In this document: positions 1 through 14,039 of the stretch, piece by piece
Position numbering within the stretch: the first letter of the stretch is position 1
How the letters are laid out: the number at the start of each line of letters is the position of its first letter
NCBI GenBank assembly: GCA_951406725.2
Contig: OX597822.1
Coordinates: 69,254,001 to 69,318,000 of the forward strand
DNA: 64,000 nucleotides
Reading direction: 5' to 3'
Origin: Octopus vulgaris
Lineage: Eukaryota
Notes under the pieces: generated by a model
Seen by the model: only the letters and a program-made list of their open reading frames with translations
Database searches by the model: none
Told to the model about the DNA's origin: nothing
Program-made: the position numbers and the translations under genes

Positions 1-223
1 ATACATTCATACATACATACATGCATACATACATGCATACATACATACATACATACATACATACATACATACATACATACAAACATTCATACATACATAC
101 ATACATACATACATACAAACATTCATACATACATACAAACATTCATACATACATACATACATACATACATACATACATACATACATACATACATACATAC
201 ATACATACATACATACATTCATA
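1..223. repeat. (ATAC)n tetranucleotide microsatellite
   Basis: Direct reading; source of the YIHT/MYVC junk ORFs. Confidence 0.97.
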
Positions 224-658
224 CCAGGCACATCCTGTCACTAATTACTCATGGTAGGCAGTTGGTGACGTTTATGCAATAAAACACACAAAAATAAACG
301 AAACAGGCGCGCGACTTAGTTGAAGACAGATTTACTTCTATCTTTATAGCATGTAAAGAAAATGGTGTTATGGGAATGTACGCAGTACGTGTACTACAGC
401 AGTCTATGTGTAGCTTAAATACTCATATTGAAAGGCAGGGGGCGAATTATGCCTCCTAATCTGCAAAAGAAATTAAAATATTTTGCATTTTATGCATAGT
501 AATCAGAGTAACCTTCATAATTTTATTGAATTAGGTGCATATTTTGCCATATAAGGAAAATATTGCTATTTAGCTATTTTATTCAAGGTAGACACTGCCT
601 ACCTTTACTACCTAGGCAGCACGTCCTTGATACATACATACATACATACATACATACA

Positions 659-689
<31 letters not shown>

Positions 690-759
690 GTACATACATA
701 TGTACATACATACATACATACATACATAAATACATACATACATACATACACATGTACAA

Positions 760-1490
760 GCAGTAAATATGACAGCCGATGCAGACTTTGAGTTAACACC
801 GAAGATATCAACATCATAAACAGTTGTCTGAAAATGTCATCACGGTATATCTACCGATGAGACATGATGTTGTAGCTAGGACACTCTATAATGAAATCTG
901 TCGGAAGGATAACCCTGAGGACAAAAAAATAAGAACCCACAGTATGGCAGAAGCCTTAGCACCTGATATAATGATTTAGGATAGAGAAGCGAAACTGTGT
1001 ACAACTGGAAATTACCTACCAAGCGGATGCTAACATAAAGCTAAAGATCAGTGTAAAAGAGAATACCTGCGCTGAACAATTGAGAAACCTGCAGTTACTG
1101 TATCCTGATTACAGGTTCAGGTTTATACCCGTAGTTATAGGGGCCCTGGGATATGTAACACACTGCCTAAATACCAATCTTGAGACATTAGGCTTATCAA
1201 AACTAGAAAGCTAATTCGAAGACTACAAATCCAATCCATCACTGGAACTGTAAAAATATGTAAAACGTTCCAGAGGTTTATCATTTAAATATATATAATA
1301 GCATGTCTAGATATGAAAGTATATGGATGCGAATATATACATAAAGCAAAATATACAAATCTGCACACATACATACATACAAAAATACCTTGTCGTTGAT
1401 GTTGAAATTCTAATGAAAGAGCCTTGGAGTCTAGGTTAGAAACCGACTCTTTCTCTGTTGGCAAGAAATCTAGAAATAAAACTGAACAAT
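760..1490 (+). mobile_element. 3' fragment of an R4/Dong-clade (RLE-type) non-LTR retrotransposon, decayed, with 3' UTR
   Basis: Frameshifted translation gives CRL...RHDVVARTLYNEICRKD, the CCHC/RHD region. It continues PDIMI...KISVKENT...LQLLYPDYRFRFIPVVIGALG...GTVKICKTF, a PD-(D/E)xK restriction-like endonuclease. A homologous copy lies at 49945-50540 (-). Confidence 0.8.
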
Positions 1491-1494
1491 GACA

Positions 1495-1795
<301 letters not shown>

Positions 1796-2086
1796 GCACA
1801 CCTCACCATCTTGTCTCTCCAGTTACCATACTCCATACCCGCCCACTGACCGGCAAATTAAACGACTTATCTAACTTTATTTCTTAATGACAAAAACACA
1901 CATACACACACAAACCCACACACTCACCCAACACAGCACACACAGAATCAAATCGCAAACAGGCTCAACATCTCATACAAAACACCACCCATTTGAGATA
2001 AATACAAGAGCGACTTTTCTCAGCTCGAGGAATATCACACAGCTTGAAACTAGTCGAAAGAAGACACTAAAATTACCAATACAAAT

Positions 2087-2158
<72 letters not shown>

Positions 2159-2442
2159 GCACACGCACACACACGCACACACAAACACACACACATACAT
2201 ATCATCTATCTATCTACCTCTCTTTTTTTCTCTCTCTCTTTATACATATATGTGTGTGTGTATATATACTCAAAATAAGCAACAAGTATATCCAAAGGTA
2301 ATGCAGTACGATCGTTTCGTACTGCATTACCCCTGTTGCTTATTTTGATTATAATCACCTTATTTTAAATTATATGGATAATACCATACTAAATTCTGGT
2401 GACTTCAACTTAAGTACCATATTCATCTGTATATATATATAT

Positions 2443-2658
2443 TCTTGTTTCAGTGCTGGAGCACTGTCTTTAGTCGAGCAAATCGAACTCAGAACTTATT
2501 CTTTGTAAGCCTAGTACTTATTCTATCGGTCTCTTTGACGGACTGCTAATTTACGGGGACGTAAACACACTAGCATCGGTTGGCAAGTGATGTTGGGGGG
2601 AGGGAGGCAAACACAGGCACACAAACTCGCATACAAACGCATACACACACACACGCAT

Positions 2659-2690
<32 letters not shown>

Positions 2691-2768
2691 GGTGCCACGC
2701 AGTGGTACTGAACTCGGAACCATGTTGTTAGTAAGCAAGCTACTTACCACACAGCCATGCCTGCGCCT
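2443..2768 (-). mobile_element. SINE family B, internally deleted copy
   Basis: Reverse complement matches the head and tail of the full copy at 60832-61238. Confidence 0.8.
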
Positions 2769-2967
2769 AGTAGATGTTTGTTTATAATATAATAAAAACA
2801 GTTTTACTGAATTAACCTGAAGAGTTAGTCCATCCCTTTGTAGAATATAAATTTATTATCTTTTACAAGAATCGTATTAATAGCGATTGATAGTGACTTC
2901 GAAGTTTCGAAATCACTACCAACACTATTCTTGTAAAAGAATAAATTTGCATACACTCACACACACA

Positions 2968-3042
<75 letters not shown>

Positions 3043-3283
3043 ACAAGCTTGGAAGTCAGTTTATATTATTAAATAGTAGTTTCAACACATAACACTGGTT
3101 GGGTGGTCTGTGCTCGGCAGCTTTGGAAAGCAGCCAGAGAAGGAGAGCGGCAGTACCGAGCATAAACTCTCACTGCCTGTCAGCATCAGCGAAGATACGA
3201 AAGCATAAGGCGTCAACTCCGATAGTTAAAAGCAGCTCGTAAGAGGACATGAACCCCACCAACCCTACATATCCCGAATAGAC

Positions 3284-3368
<85 letters not shown>

Positions 3369-4365
3369 TCTTTGTTGTTAAGTGTGGGGAGGAGAATATA
3401 ATTTTGGGGGTGGTTGTATATTTATGAAACGTTTCCACTCTTTTGATTTTAGTTCCATTTTTCTTTGTGCCATTTTTCTTTGATTTAAACCTTGCTTGAT
3501 CTTGGCGTGATGGGTTCTGTAGTATTTTCATTGTGTTTTAAAGACTCATTTACTGTATGGTTGTCTTGGTTTTGTTGCTTTCTTTCATGTGTGGATGCCT
3601 TGTGTTTAGTGTGTTCTACCATAATCCATTCATTACTTTGTAGTAGGTTGATCTTTTATATATGTAGTCCATTACTTTGTTTCATTTTCAGTTTTTCGAT
3701 GTTTTTGTTTAATATAAATCTCCACACAATCGCTAATGTGTTCGCGGTGATATTTCCCGTACTTTCATACGCCCTTCCCAAGTCAGTGGAGCGGATAGCA
3801 TGCCATATATTGGCGAGGCCGTCCTCTTCAATGCAACATGGAAACCCTTCCAATTTTCTAGAAGCAAAGTTAGTCACTTTTCCTCTTGTATTTTCCTCGA
3901 AGAATTCGTCAGGCAAAGAAGTATGGCCATTTTATGTGTTTTGCATGTCCTGAGTCATTGGTTTGTGGTTGGTCAATTATTTTATCTATAGTCACCTATT
4001 TTATATGTGGTTGTTATATTTTCTTTTTATTATTCCTGTACTGTTTGTTTTTTGCGCAATTGGCTTCAGAAGACTTTGTCGGCATTCAGAGATAATGTTG
4101 TACTCATGGTATGGAACCCCACTGAAATTGGCGTGATTCTCAAAGTACGGAAGAAATATATGGTAGCAGATACATGCATTAACCAGGACAATGCGTCGTA
4201 CTCACTTCAGTCTTTGCAATCGAATTGGCATCAAAACTCCAGATGAATAGGAACTGAAATGAGGTTAGGATTGGCTAGTCATGAACCCAAACATGGAACG
4301 AGAAGATATTATACTTAAAAGGCTATGGAGAGATTTACATAGCGGATGCACAGATCACCAAATGT

Positions 4366-4532
4366 CGTTCTGTGTTCAAATTCCGCCGAGGTCGACTTTG
4401 CCTTTCATCCTTTCGGGGTCGATTAAATAAGTACCAGTTACGCACTGGGGTCGATATAATCGACTTAATCCAAGTGTCTGTCCTTGTTTGTCCCCTTTGT
4501 GTTTAGCCCCTTGTGGGTAGTAAAGAAATAGA
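4366..4532 (+). mobile_element. SINE family A (tRNA-derived, Deu/Nin-like core), 5'-truncated
   Basis: Box-B-like GTTCAAATTCC followed by the core GTCGACTTTGCCTTTCATCCTTTCGGGGTCGATtAAATAAGTACCAG; more than 10 copies in the window. Confidence 0.85.
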
Positions 4533-5135
4533 TATTTATTACCACCTGACAGTTGTGCTTTGCCCCAGTTTTCATCTAATTAATCTTCAGGCGTTGCTCA
4601 TTAGCTAGTTCTTGGAGGGGTGTATTCCACTGGCCAGAAGATCTACTTGCTACCAACACCGCCTGTTAGAGGACTGAGGAGATGGTTCGATAAGCCATAT
4701 CAGATGATGTGCAGCATGCATCGAAACGGCGGAATCTACAGAGATTTCGGATATTCTGATATTTAGACAGCAAGATGAATCAGCGGTTGCAAAGCACGTT
4801 TCCCGAAGCATGTGGTTTGAAAAAAAAATAAAGCTTGTTAAGCAAAGCAAAAGTTGGACCGATGAAATAGACATAATATATATATAAACATTTATACAAA
4901 TACATAAAGTATTTATATAAATTCTTCTTCGGAGTCTATTTATTTGCCTTTTGACTGTCAGTTCAAGTCGATTTTCTACATGATCTTTCACCTCTTCTCT
5001 TTAATATGGCCGAAAGAAACTAAGAGTAAATGATATAAAAGAGAACTGCGTTATAAGTCTTTAATCTTCTAAACTGATCCAAACACACCAGTCTTAACTG
5101 ACTCTAAAAGTTTGTTTTGGATTTTTATTATTTTC

Positions 5136-5168
<33 letters not shown>

Positions 5169-5421
5169 TATATATCAATGTGTGTATGTGTGTGTATGCG
5201 TGTGTACGTATAAGCATATATGTATATATATGTGTATATATGTGTGTGAGTATATATATTTTTAAACACACACACACACACACGCACACATATATATATA
5301 TATACATACACACATACAAATATACCTACTTATTTATATATATATGATTAAATTGTACGCGTATAAAAATTTACACGCATGTTATAGGTATTTTCTACGC
5401 AAATTATTTATTTATATCATT

Positions 5422-5467
<46 letters not shown>

Positions 5468-6523
5468 TTATATATAAACATACATATGCATTCACACACG
5501 TATGATATTTCTATGGTTGCTTCACACAGGCGCATATATATATATACATGTGTACAGTTGCATGACTGTGTCTGCATCAGTATAAGAGTCTGCTGCATAT
5601 ATATATATATATGTATATATATATACACACACCTTCTATATACATATACACAAACATAAATGTGTCCCATGAGCTTTTCAATCTTTCCAATATAAGTTAT
5701 ATTTAAATGGTGTCTTAACATTCAGAAAGTCTCTCCGTATATATGCACATATGTAATATGTGCATGTGTGTCTGTGCGTACGGATGCATATATAGATGCT
5801 TACTTCTGTATACATACATAAGTACATGAATATACATACAAATGCATTCACGCACTCACACATATACACGCACAAACACGCACATGTATAAGTATATATA
5901 TATGTTTGTTTATGTATATTTATGTATATATATATATAATACATATATAATACGTATATAATACATATATATGTATATAAATAATACACACATACAAACA
6001 CGCGCACATATATATATGCATGTGTGTGTATAGATGTTCTTACATGTGTACATGCATATATACATGCACACATACACGCATACATGTAAGGAAAGAGAAG
6101 GCTGGTTAATTTCACCTAGGATATAGCCAATTATCTTTGCAGACAAGACATAGATCCGTACTGTGCTGACATAATTATTTACGATTTCTTTGATTTCAGT
6201 ACCATCGTCCCTGATCGTCGGCCACCCCGACTCACTCTTATGGGTATCTCCAGATATAAACGAACACATGTTAAGACACAGCCAGCGTATATGTACATAT
6301 ATTAATACAATGATATACGCATTAACAATTCATTTGGTGTTTACTGGAGTGTTATGAAAGACATTGGTAAGGTAGACCTACAGTGTGTTCTATATGTGCT
6401 GACGTATAAAATATTGGTAGCTTATTTCAACATCTGCAAACGAATTAGTTTTTGTCTCTCCTCATGCTCATCTTCTTCATCTTTCTGTTTGTCTACGTAC
6501 TCACGTGCATGTCTGTGCTAGTA

Positions 6524-6590
<67 letters not shown>

Positions 6591-7571
6591 ATGTATGTAT
6601 ATGAATTATATATATATATATATATATTATGTATGTATGTAATTATGTATGTATATGGACGTCTACGTGCTCATGTGAGTACATTTAAGTTTTCAGACAA
6701 AAGGAGAGATATATGCTAAATACAGAATTAGGATATATATATATGTATGTATATATATATGTATGTACGTATGTATGTATATGTATATATATTGTTGCTA
6801 TATTGAGTTTACTCCCTGTTTACAACTCTGACGCGTTAAGGAGTCAACCAATTCCATGCCGTTATATGCATACATATATACATTTATACATACACACACA
6901 TATGTTTATATACAGAGAGAGAGAGGGGGAGGAGGGAGGGAATAAACGAGAGAGAAAAGAAAGGAGAAGGAAAGACAGACATGGATGGATAGATGGATGG
7001 ATGGACGGACGAACGGATGGCTGACAATATATATAAAACTATAGATAGAACGGTAGATGCAATATTAAAGTGTAATCCTTAATACTTTTTTTTTTCCTTC
7101 TTAGAGGACAATATATGAAAATACATAACGGGCATATATAATAATAATAAATGAAGACTTCAAAAAAGACCATCACTTAAGCATTCTTAAGTGTTTCCCT
7201 TGTGGGATCAATTATACAAACGTTTACTTGTAATTTCTATGGTTATCCATTTCCACACGATTTAAAAGGCGTAATATGAAAAGAAACGTTTAGTGTAATT
7301 GAGCCGTCATTGAAGATAACCTAAAGATAAACAAGCCAGTATGTAGTAATAAAATAGGAAGAGTGGATGTGGTGTGTTTTTCTTTTTCTTCTTCTTCTTC
7401 TTATTTTTTTTTAGAACGACGTGCGACATTTAAATATTTATAAACACACTACCAAATGTATATCAATATTGATATATAAATCAGACCTTTTTTGTTTTTA
7501 TAAATTAGGTCTGTAGATTACAGAGCGATTAAAGTTTTGGATAAATTCTTAGTATTGTTTAATTACGCATG

Positions 7572-8480
7572 GTGGTGAGTTTGCAGAACCATCAGTACAT
7601 CAGACATTTCGTCCGTCTTTACGGCATTTCGTCCGTCTTTACGTTCTAGGTTCAAATTCTGCTGAGGTCGACTTTGCCTTTCATGCTTTTGGGATCGATG
7701 AAATAAGTACCAATCAAGTACTGGGGGGTCGATGTAATCGACTTCCTCCTCTTTTCAAAAACTGATGGCCTCATGTCAAAATTTGAAACTATTATTTAGT
7801 TATGTAAGGGCGACGGACTGGAAGAGTTATTGCAGAGTCGGACAAACTGCATTGACGGTATTTCTTCCAAATCTTTACGTTTTGAGCTTAAATAACGCCG
7901 AGTTGAATTTTGTCTTTCTTCCTCCCGAGGTCGATGACATAAAATATCATTCATGTATTAAGGTCGATATAACCGACAAACCCTTCTCCTACCGAATGGC
8001 TGGCCTTGTGCCTAAATTAGATTAAAATGTAACTAAATACGTTGTTAGATTAAATAATAATAAAGTTATTTTTTTTAGTTACGTAAGAATGGTAGATTGA
8101 CAAAATGCGTTGTGATACTTCTTCCGGTTCTGTGTTCAAATCCTACAGCGGTCAGCTTTGCTTTCATCATTCTGGGTTCGATAGAAACACTTTTATTCTC
8201 GCAGTGGAGTCGATATAATCCACACCGTTCCCTCAAATGCCTGGCTTTGTGCTTCTGTTAGAAACAATTAAGGAGTGCGAACTGAAAGAGTCGTTAAATT
8301 TTTTGCATCATTTCTAACCGTTTTCTATGTTTTCAGTTCAAATTCCATTGAAGTCGGATTTACCTTTTATCCCTCTAGGGTCGACGAGCATATTACCAAT
8401 CAAAATCAAATTCTGAAGGCGATTTAATCAATTAAGTCCCTTGCTGTAGATCTTTGTGCTTTTCTCTCCATTAAAAACGA
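7572..8480 (+). mobile_element. Tandem run of about 4 progressively diverged SINE family A copies
   Basis: Core-like motif recurs at ~7650-7710, ~7885-7950, ~8135-8185 and ~8337-8400. Confidence 0.7.
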
Positions 8481-10580
8481 TTATTTGGTCCCTATATTCT
8501 ACGTTTAAATTCTGCAAGATTTTCTTATTTCCTCCTCTCCATAGTACCATAAAAAGCATATATTTCGTAAAGGTTGTCGTAGTTTGAGTCGGTTGTTGAT
8601 TGATGTATTAGGATGCAGTGAATAGGTATATTTCCATGAAATGTGCAGTCCATATCTTGTTGAATACTAATTTATCAGACACCATTTTAGAATGTTTCTG
8701 GTTTCCTATTCACAGAAGATATGACAATAAGTGCAGAAACTACGTACAGATTAAGGCTGCGTGCAGAAAAAAGTAATATAAAATGATATTATTTGTACAG
8801 GAATAGGTGCATATAGAGGGGGTGGTTAATAAACATAAATAGAAAGAGAGGGAAAAAGAGTGGGAGAGAGAATTGGACTTAAACTAGAAAGAATTTTATA
8901 GACTAAATTTTGAAAAATTGGGATTATAAGAAACAAGTAGGCAGCTTTGTAAGAAGATTCTTTTGCTTTGTCTTTGAATGACAGTAATCCATTTTTATAT
9001 GTTGTAGAAGCGAAGGTTCAAATAGATATGATTCTCACGAAACTATACGGACGGCCAGTCAAATGAGAGGGAAATTTGTAATTTCAGTTGTGTTATAGTC
9101 ACATTTATGACAGCTAGATGTTGGCCAGTATATCTCCAAACTCCTTCCATCTCGGTTGCTTATTCGGTTGTGATGATATTGTTACTATCGTAGTTTTTCT
9201 GGAGAAACAGGTTCAGTGTACTTCAACATCTGAGCGGTTTTAATATTTGTACCAAACTTAAGGCGGTGAGCTGACAGAAACGAAAGGCATTGTCGAACTT
9301 GGTGGAATTTGAACTCAGATAGTATAGACGGACGAACTGCATTTTGCCTGTCGTCCTAATGATTCTACCAGCTCGCCGCCTTTACCATCTCAAGGATATT
9401 ACCATTAATACTGTACACCAATGTCTGTCCGGTTATTTTAACTTGGTGACTGTTTTAAATTCTTAAGTTCCACCTTTATTCTTTTGGCTCATCAGTCTAA
9501 ATATAATCAACTTTTTAAATAATTTCCTTTTTCTTATTTTGTTCCAGACTGTTCCATGTCTCATGGAAAGATTCCAGACTGTTCCATGTCTCATGTCTCT
9601 AGAAAAACAGTTGGCAATAATGTCTTTGGTGTCTTCAGATTTAGTTTTGCCAACCTACATTTGATGCTTTATGTTGCGTGCAGTTTTTGGGGATCTCTTA
9701 TTCTGAAATTGCATAGAGGTAGTCTGCAAAGTGAGATGTCATAAACCTGTCGGTATTTCATGCCGCGGCGCTTTTGACATGTTTTGTTCCCTCTATGGTT
9801 TGTGTCTTCTGTGCCAAGTAGCCACGAACCACTTTCTCAATGAACCGCTTCATGTTTTTTCTATTTTGTTCTGAATGATACAATTTTACATTGCTCCTTG
9901 GAGAGACCTGATGTATGTGTGTGTTTGTGTATGTGAGACCTAATGTATGTGTGTGTGTGCGTGTGTGAGTGAGTATGTGTGGAGCGTGGGTGTATGTGTG
10001 CATGTGTAAACTGAATCATTAATGCACTGTAGTTACTTCGTGTTTCGCAGTACGATTTTCGTTACGGCAGAGTGGTACAGAAATTCGGTAAGGCGAAGCC
10101 CTGAGTAACGGAAGTGTAAATTTCAATTTCAATTCCTATCAAAATAACTCTGTTTTATGTACTAAATTCTTTTTCCTTCATGTTTGTATGCATGTCTCAA
10201 ATTTCAAAGAATATTGCTTAAATATTTAGTAACATGACAAAGAACGCCAGTGGTTATTATGACAAATGTTCTTTCAAAGCTGAAGTAAAAACAAACAGAG
10301 CTTTCTGAAGCTGTGTGTATGTACTTTAATTCTAAACGATTTTGAATAAATGTATTACGTCTGCTGGGGAGTGCCATCCTTAAAAGTATATTATTTCCCG
10401 TTTGTGTATGTTTTCTACCCCAAAAAAAATTGTGTTAATTTTCCCCCAAAATTGTGTTAATTTTGGGGGAAAATGCGGATTATATTCGAAGATTTACGGT
10501 ATATATAGATGCGTATTTGTCTTTGTGCTTGTCTCCCTCCCTATCACCGATTGACAGTCGGTGTTGGTGTGTTTACGTAC

Positions 10581-10819
10581 ATCATCATCATCATTGTTCG
10601 ACCGTGGTCGAGACTTTCATAGTCTTTTCAAATGGCTAATAATGTGTGCACGCGCCACTACTACACACATTGGAAAGCATTGTACAACCAAGTACTAAAG
10701 AAGATCTTTCCTCCTCCATGAAACAAAGCTGTTCCCGCTGGACGTCAACCAGTATTTCTAAGCTACGGACCCAGTGATTTATTGTAAGGTTATCTCCCTA
10801 GATAGATTGCCTTCACTAC
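10581..10819 (-). mobile_element. Short non-LTR (probably RTE-related) insertion inside a SINE B copy
   Basis: 12-bp TSD GTGTTTACGTAC at 10569-10580 and 10820-10831; (TGA)n tail on the minus strand; SINE B sequence resumes after the TSD. Confidence 0.7.
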
Positions 10820-11287
10820 GTGTTTACGTACGCGTAACTTAGCGGCTTGGCAAAAGACACCCATAGAATAAGTTCCAGGCTTTGTTTGATTAAAAGGTGG
10901 CCGCAGGCACATGACTGAACCAAATATAATAAAAGAATATAAGAAATTAATTTTTATAATTCTCTTCGACTTTAAAGCAGATCCAGAGAGTGTCAGGAAT
11001 CGCATAAGATATTACGAGTTACTGAATGCTTCTTGAGCTGTTCACTTCAAAATTTTGAACATTAATCAATACATGTTTTTTTTTATGCTGAAGGAATAAT
11101 ACTACCTGACATTCAGCCTTCTGTTCGTACCTTTAAGCCTGTCTGTGGAAAAGTAAAGTGTATGTCGTTATCATCATCTCTGTGAAAGTTACGAATTGGT
11201 ATCAATGGATTGGGTTTGCTATAAAACCCAATCAATGTCTAAACGTTACAGGATATTGTTGTATTCTTAGAAGAAAGTTACGACTGC

Positions 11288-11380
11288 CTTCTTCTTCTTC
11301 TTCTTCTTCTTCTTCTTCTTCTTCTTCTTCTTCTTCTTCTTCTTCTTCTTCTTCTTCTTCTTCTTCTTCTTCTTCTTCTT
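11288..11380. repeat. (TCT)n microsatellite
   Basis: Direct reading. Confidence 0.97.
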
Positions 11381-11473
11381 TTATACCAAGAAAAAACATG
11401 TACATGATAGCATTTCCTATCAGAATCCATGAAATCCACTGCCTGGTATTGCATCAGGGCACTATTGTTACGC

Positions 11474-11690
11474 AGCGAGATGGTTGAGTGGTTAGCACGT
11501 CGGACAAAATGCTCTGCGGCATTTCTTCCGACTCATTACATTCTGAGTTCAAATACAGCCGAGGTCGACCTTGCTTTTCATTCTTTCAGGGTCAATAAAA
11601 AAAAGTACCATTCAAGTAGTAGGGAAAATGTAGTCGACTTTCCTCCACCCATCAAAATTTTCTACCTTGTGCTAGAATTAGAAAGAATTA
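11474..11690 (+). mobile_element. SINE family A
   Basis: tRNA-like head plus Deu/Nin-like core. Confidence 0.75.
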
Positions 11691-12432
11691 GATTTGAAAA
11701 TCTGGTATTTACACTCTTTTACTTTGTTCAAAGCACATTTATATGATACATTTTCATCAATACTCATGAGTTTGTTGTATTTATTATGTGGAAGGGCCGA
11801 GATACAGAATCAGTTGATGTCAAAGTTATTGGTTTGGAAAGCAGATTTTTCAATATTCGTTCATATACTAAGTATGAAATTTTTTCTTGGACGAATTCCA
11901 TTTCTACATAAACCGAAAAACGCTGCTATTAAGTTCAGCTGTTTCTGAGCATCAAGGATATTTTTAACGTAATTCTTGTTATCGTCAATATAGAACTTAT
12001 AGGTTATACTGGTTTATTGCTCTTGTGAAACCTAGCTATTAAGAATTCTATATACGTACATATGCATGTACGTACGTATGTATATATGTACATGCGTACA
12101 CACTTATGCATATATGAATGTGTGTGAGTGTGTGTGAGTGTGTGTGTGCGCGCGCGCGTATTTCTCTTTCTGACTGAATTTTTATTATATATTTCGACCA
12201 GACACCTGCCAGACTGCAAGCTTTTAAAGCAAAGAAAAAAAAGATGAGAAGCTGTTTTCTTTCCAACGTCTATTATACAATTCTTCATGATTAAAGATCT
12301 TTCAGATTTTTATTATCCTAGATATTTATGTATGTATGTATATATGTGTGTGTGCGTATGTATGTATGTATGTATGTATGTATGTATGTATGTATGTATG
12401 TATGTATGTGTGTGTGTGTGTGTGTATGTATG

Positions 12433-13241
12433 TAGCAATGATTCTGAAAAATCAAATGAGATGGTCTGGCTATATAGTGCAAATGGCAGATGAAAACAGC
12501 TGTTTTATGGCCATTTTGCAGAGGGGAAACGCAATCGCTGGAAACCTAAAAAGAGGTTTAAGGACGGCATAAGAACTACCATGAGGTCATTTGAAATGGA
12601 CCCAAAGGCCATAGAAACCCTAGCTTCTGATCGAACTGAATAGCGAACAAAAGTGTGGAGTGGAATGAAAGCTTTTGAGGAGGCCAGAATGACTCATGCA
12701 AAACTCAAGAGAGATTTAAAGAGGAATGTTGCGATCAACGAGAATGTGATTCTCAGCGACCTTTCTATGTGCACAGTTTGTGACAGACTATGTTTTTTTT
12801 TTGCTGGGCTCAAATCTCATTTGCGGGGCCATGAAAAACACGAAACCCCCCAAAACTACTCTGCCTATATATCTGTGCACAGTTTTCAATTCCGTGTATA
12901 CCATAAGGTGTGCAAATTTAAGAGGCCTCAAAAGATATTTTAAGATCTACAAAGATTAGAACTTAACTGCAGCTCATGGTGGTCCAAATCAGATATGCAG
13001 TCTGTGTGGGTGTCTTTTCAATACATTTTCTGGTTTAAAAAGCCACATCCGACCCCATGATGGATCTAAAGTGTTGGTACAAGAGGTGGTCAAACTCTGC
13101 ATAGGGAGTAGACAACCACCATGTATGTATGTATGTATGTATGTATTTATGTATGCATATGTATAATGTGTGTATGTATGTATGTATGTATGTATGTATG
13201 TATGTATGTATGTATGTATTGTATGTATGTATGTATGTATG

Positions 13242-13272
<31 letters not shown>

Positions 13273-13471
13273 GGAGGGTGATTGTTGGACATCCTGCAAG
13301 ATGAAGACCTTTCAAAGGGCGGAAGAGCTCATGAGCAGTCAACGGCCATCCAACAATATGTGTAAATGTGTATATATGCATGTATGTATGCGCGAGGACG
13401 TGGTAATGCTTGGGTTGGTGGCCAGGCGTGCGGTTGGCCCACTGGGAGTGGGAGGCCCCTCTGTTGTTGTC
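12433..13471 (+). mobile_element. RTE-clade LINE 3' fragment with C-terminal C2H2 zinc fingers (pseudogenised)
   Basis: AMILKNQMRWSGYIVQM...LFYG...GKRNRWKPKKRFKD...LASDRTEW is the typical RTE post-RT region; CTVCDRLC..GLKSHLRGH and CSLCGCLF..GLKSHIRPH are C2H2 motifs. Confidence 0.85.
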
Positions 13472-14039
13472 ACAATCTCTCTGTATGAGAGGGGAACTTT
13501 GAGAGAAAATCTGCAACACAGACAATATTCAATGATGAAGACTAGTTCTTTTTTATTTTCGAAGTAAATGTAATAAATGTAATTTTTTCACTTTTTTCAC
13601 AAAGTAAGTCGCCTTTTGAAAGAGTGTGAGGGATAAAGTCTGCAATAGCTTCAAACTATAGAGATGCTGGCACATGGCCAGAAATGATGGATCGGTAAAT
13701 TTTACGATGTTTTACTCGTCGGCTCGTGGTTACAAGTTAGAATTCCTTCGAGATCAATTTAGCATTGGAAATTTCCCCTGTGATTGTTGCTTAGCCCAGT
13801 GTTACCCAGGTTGGGGCATGACAAAGTTCAGTGGGATAGACGATAATTTTGGAAATTGGTGTTGGACACAGGTTCAGTGGAGTGGAGCGCACATAGCTAC
13901 CACATAGCTATTACTGTCTGTAATTCTTTAAAATGTGCTCACAAAAAAAAGAGATTCAGTTGACACTTCGATAACAATTTATCATTAAGTATAGAATATC
14001 AAGTTGGCAATGGAAAAGCCAACATGAATCCCATATTAT

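Noticed and set aside
256-601. Possible hAT MITE with TAGGCAGT / ACTGCCTA ends
   Set aside because: Only an 8-bp match and no TSD
4591-4770. Possible plus-strand exon after TCTTCAG
   Set aside because: Stops in all frames from that acceptor; no recognisable protein
6200-6367. Possible exon after the TTTGATTTCAG acceptor
   Set aside because: No frame open to a convincing donor; no homology
7572-8480. CRISPR-like regularly spaced repeats
   Set aside because: Diverged tandem SINE copies in eukaryotic DNA; no cas genes or unique-spacer architecture
8716-8772. Possible micro-exon (DMTISAETTYRLRLRAEK)
   Set aside because: Weak donor and no corroborating exons
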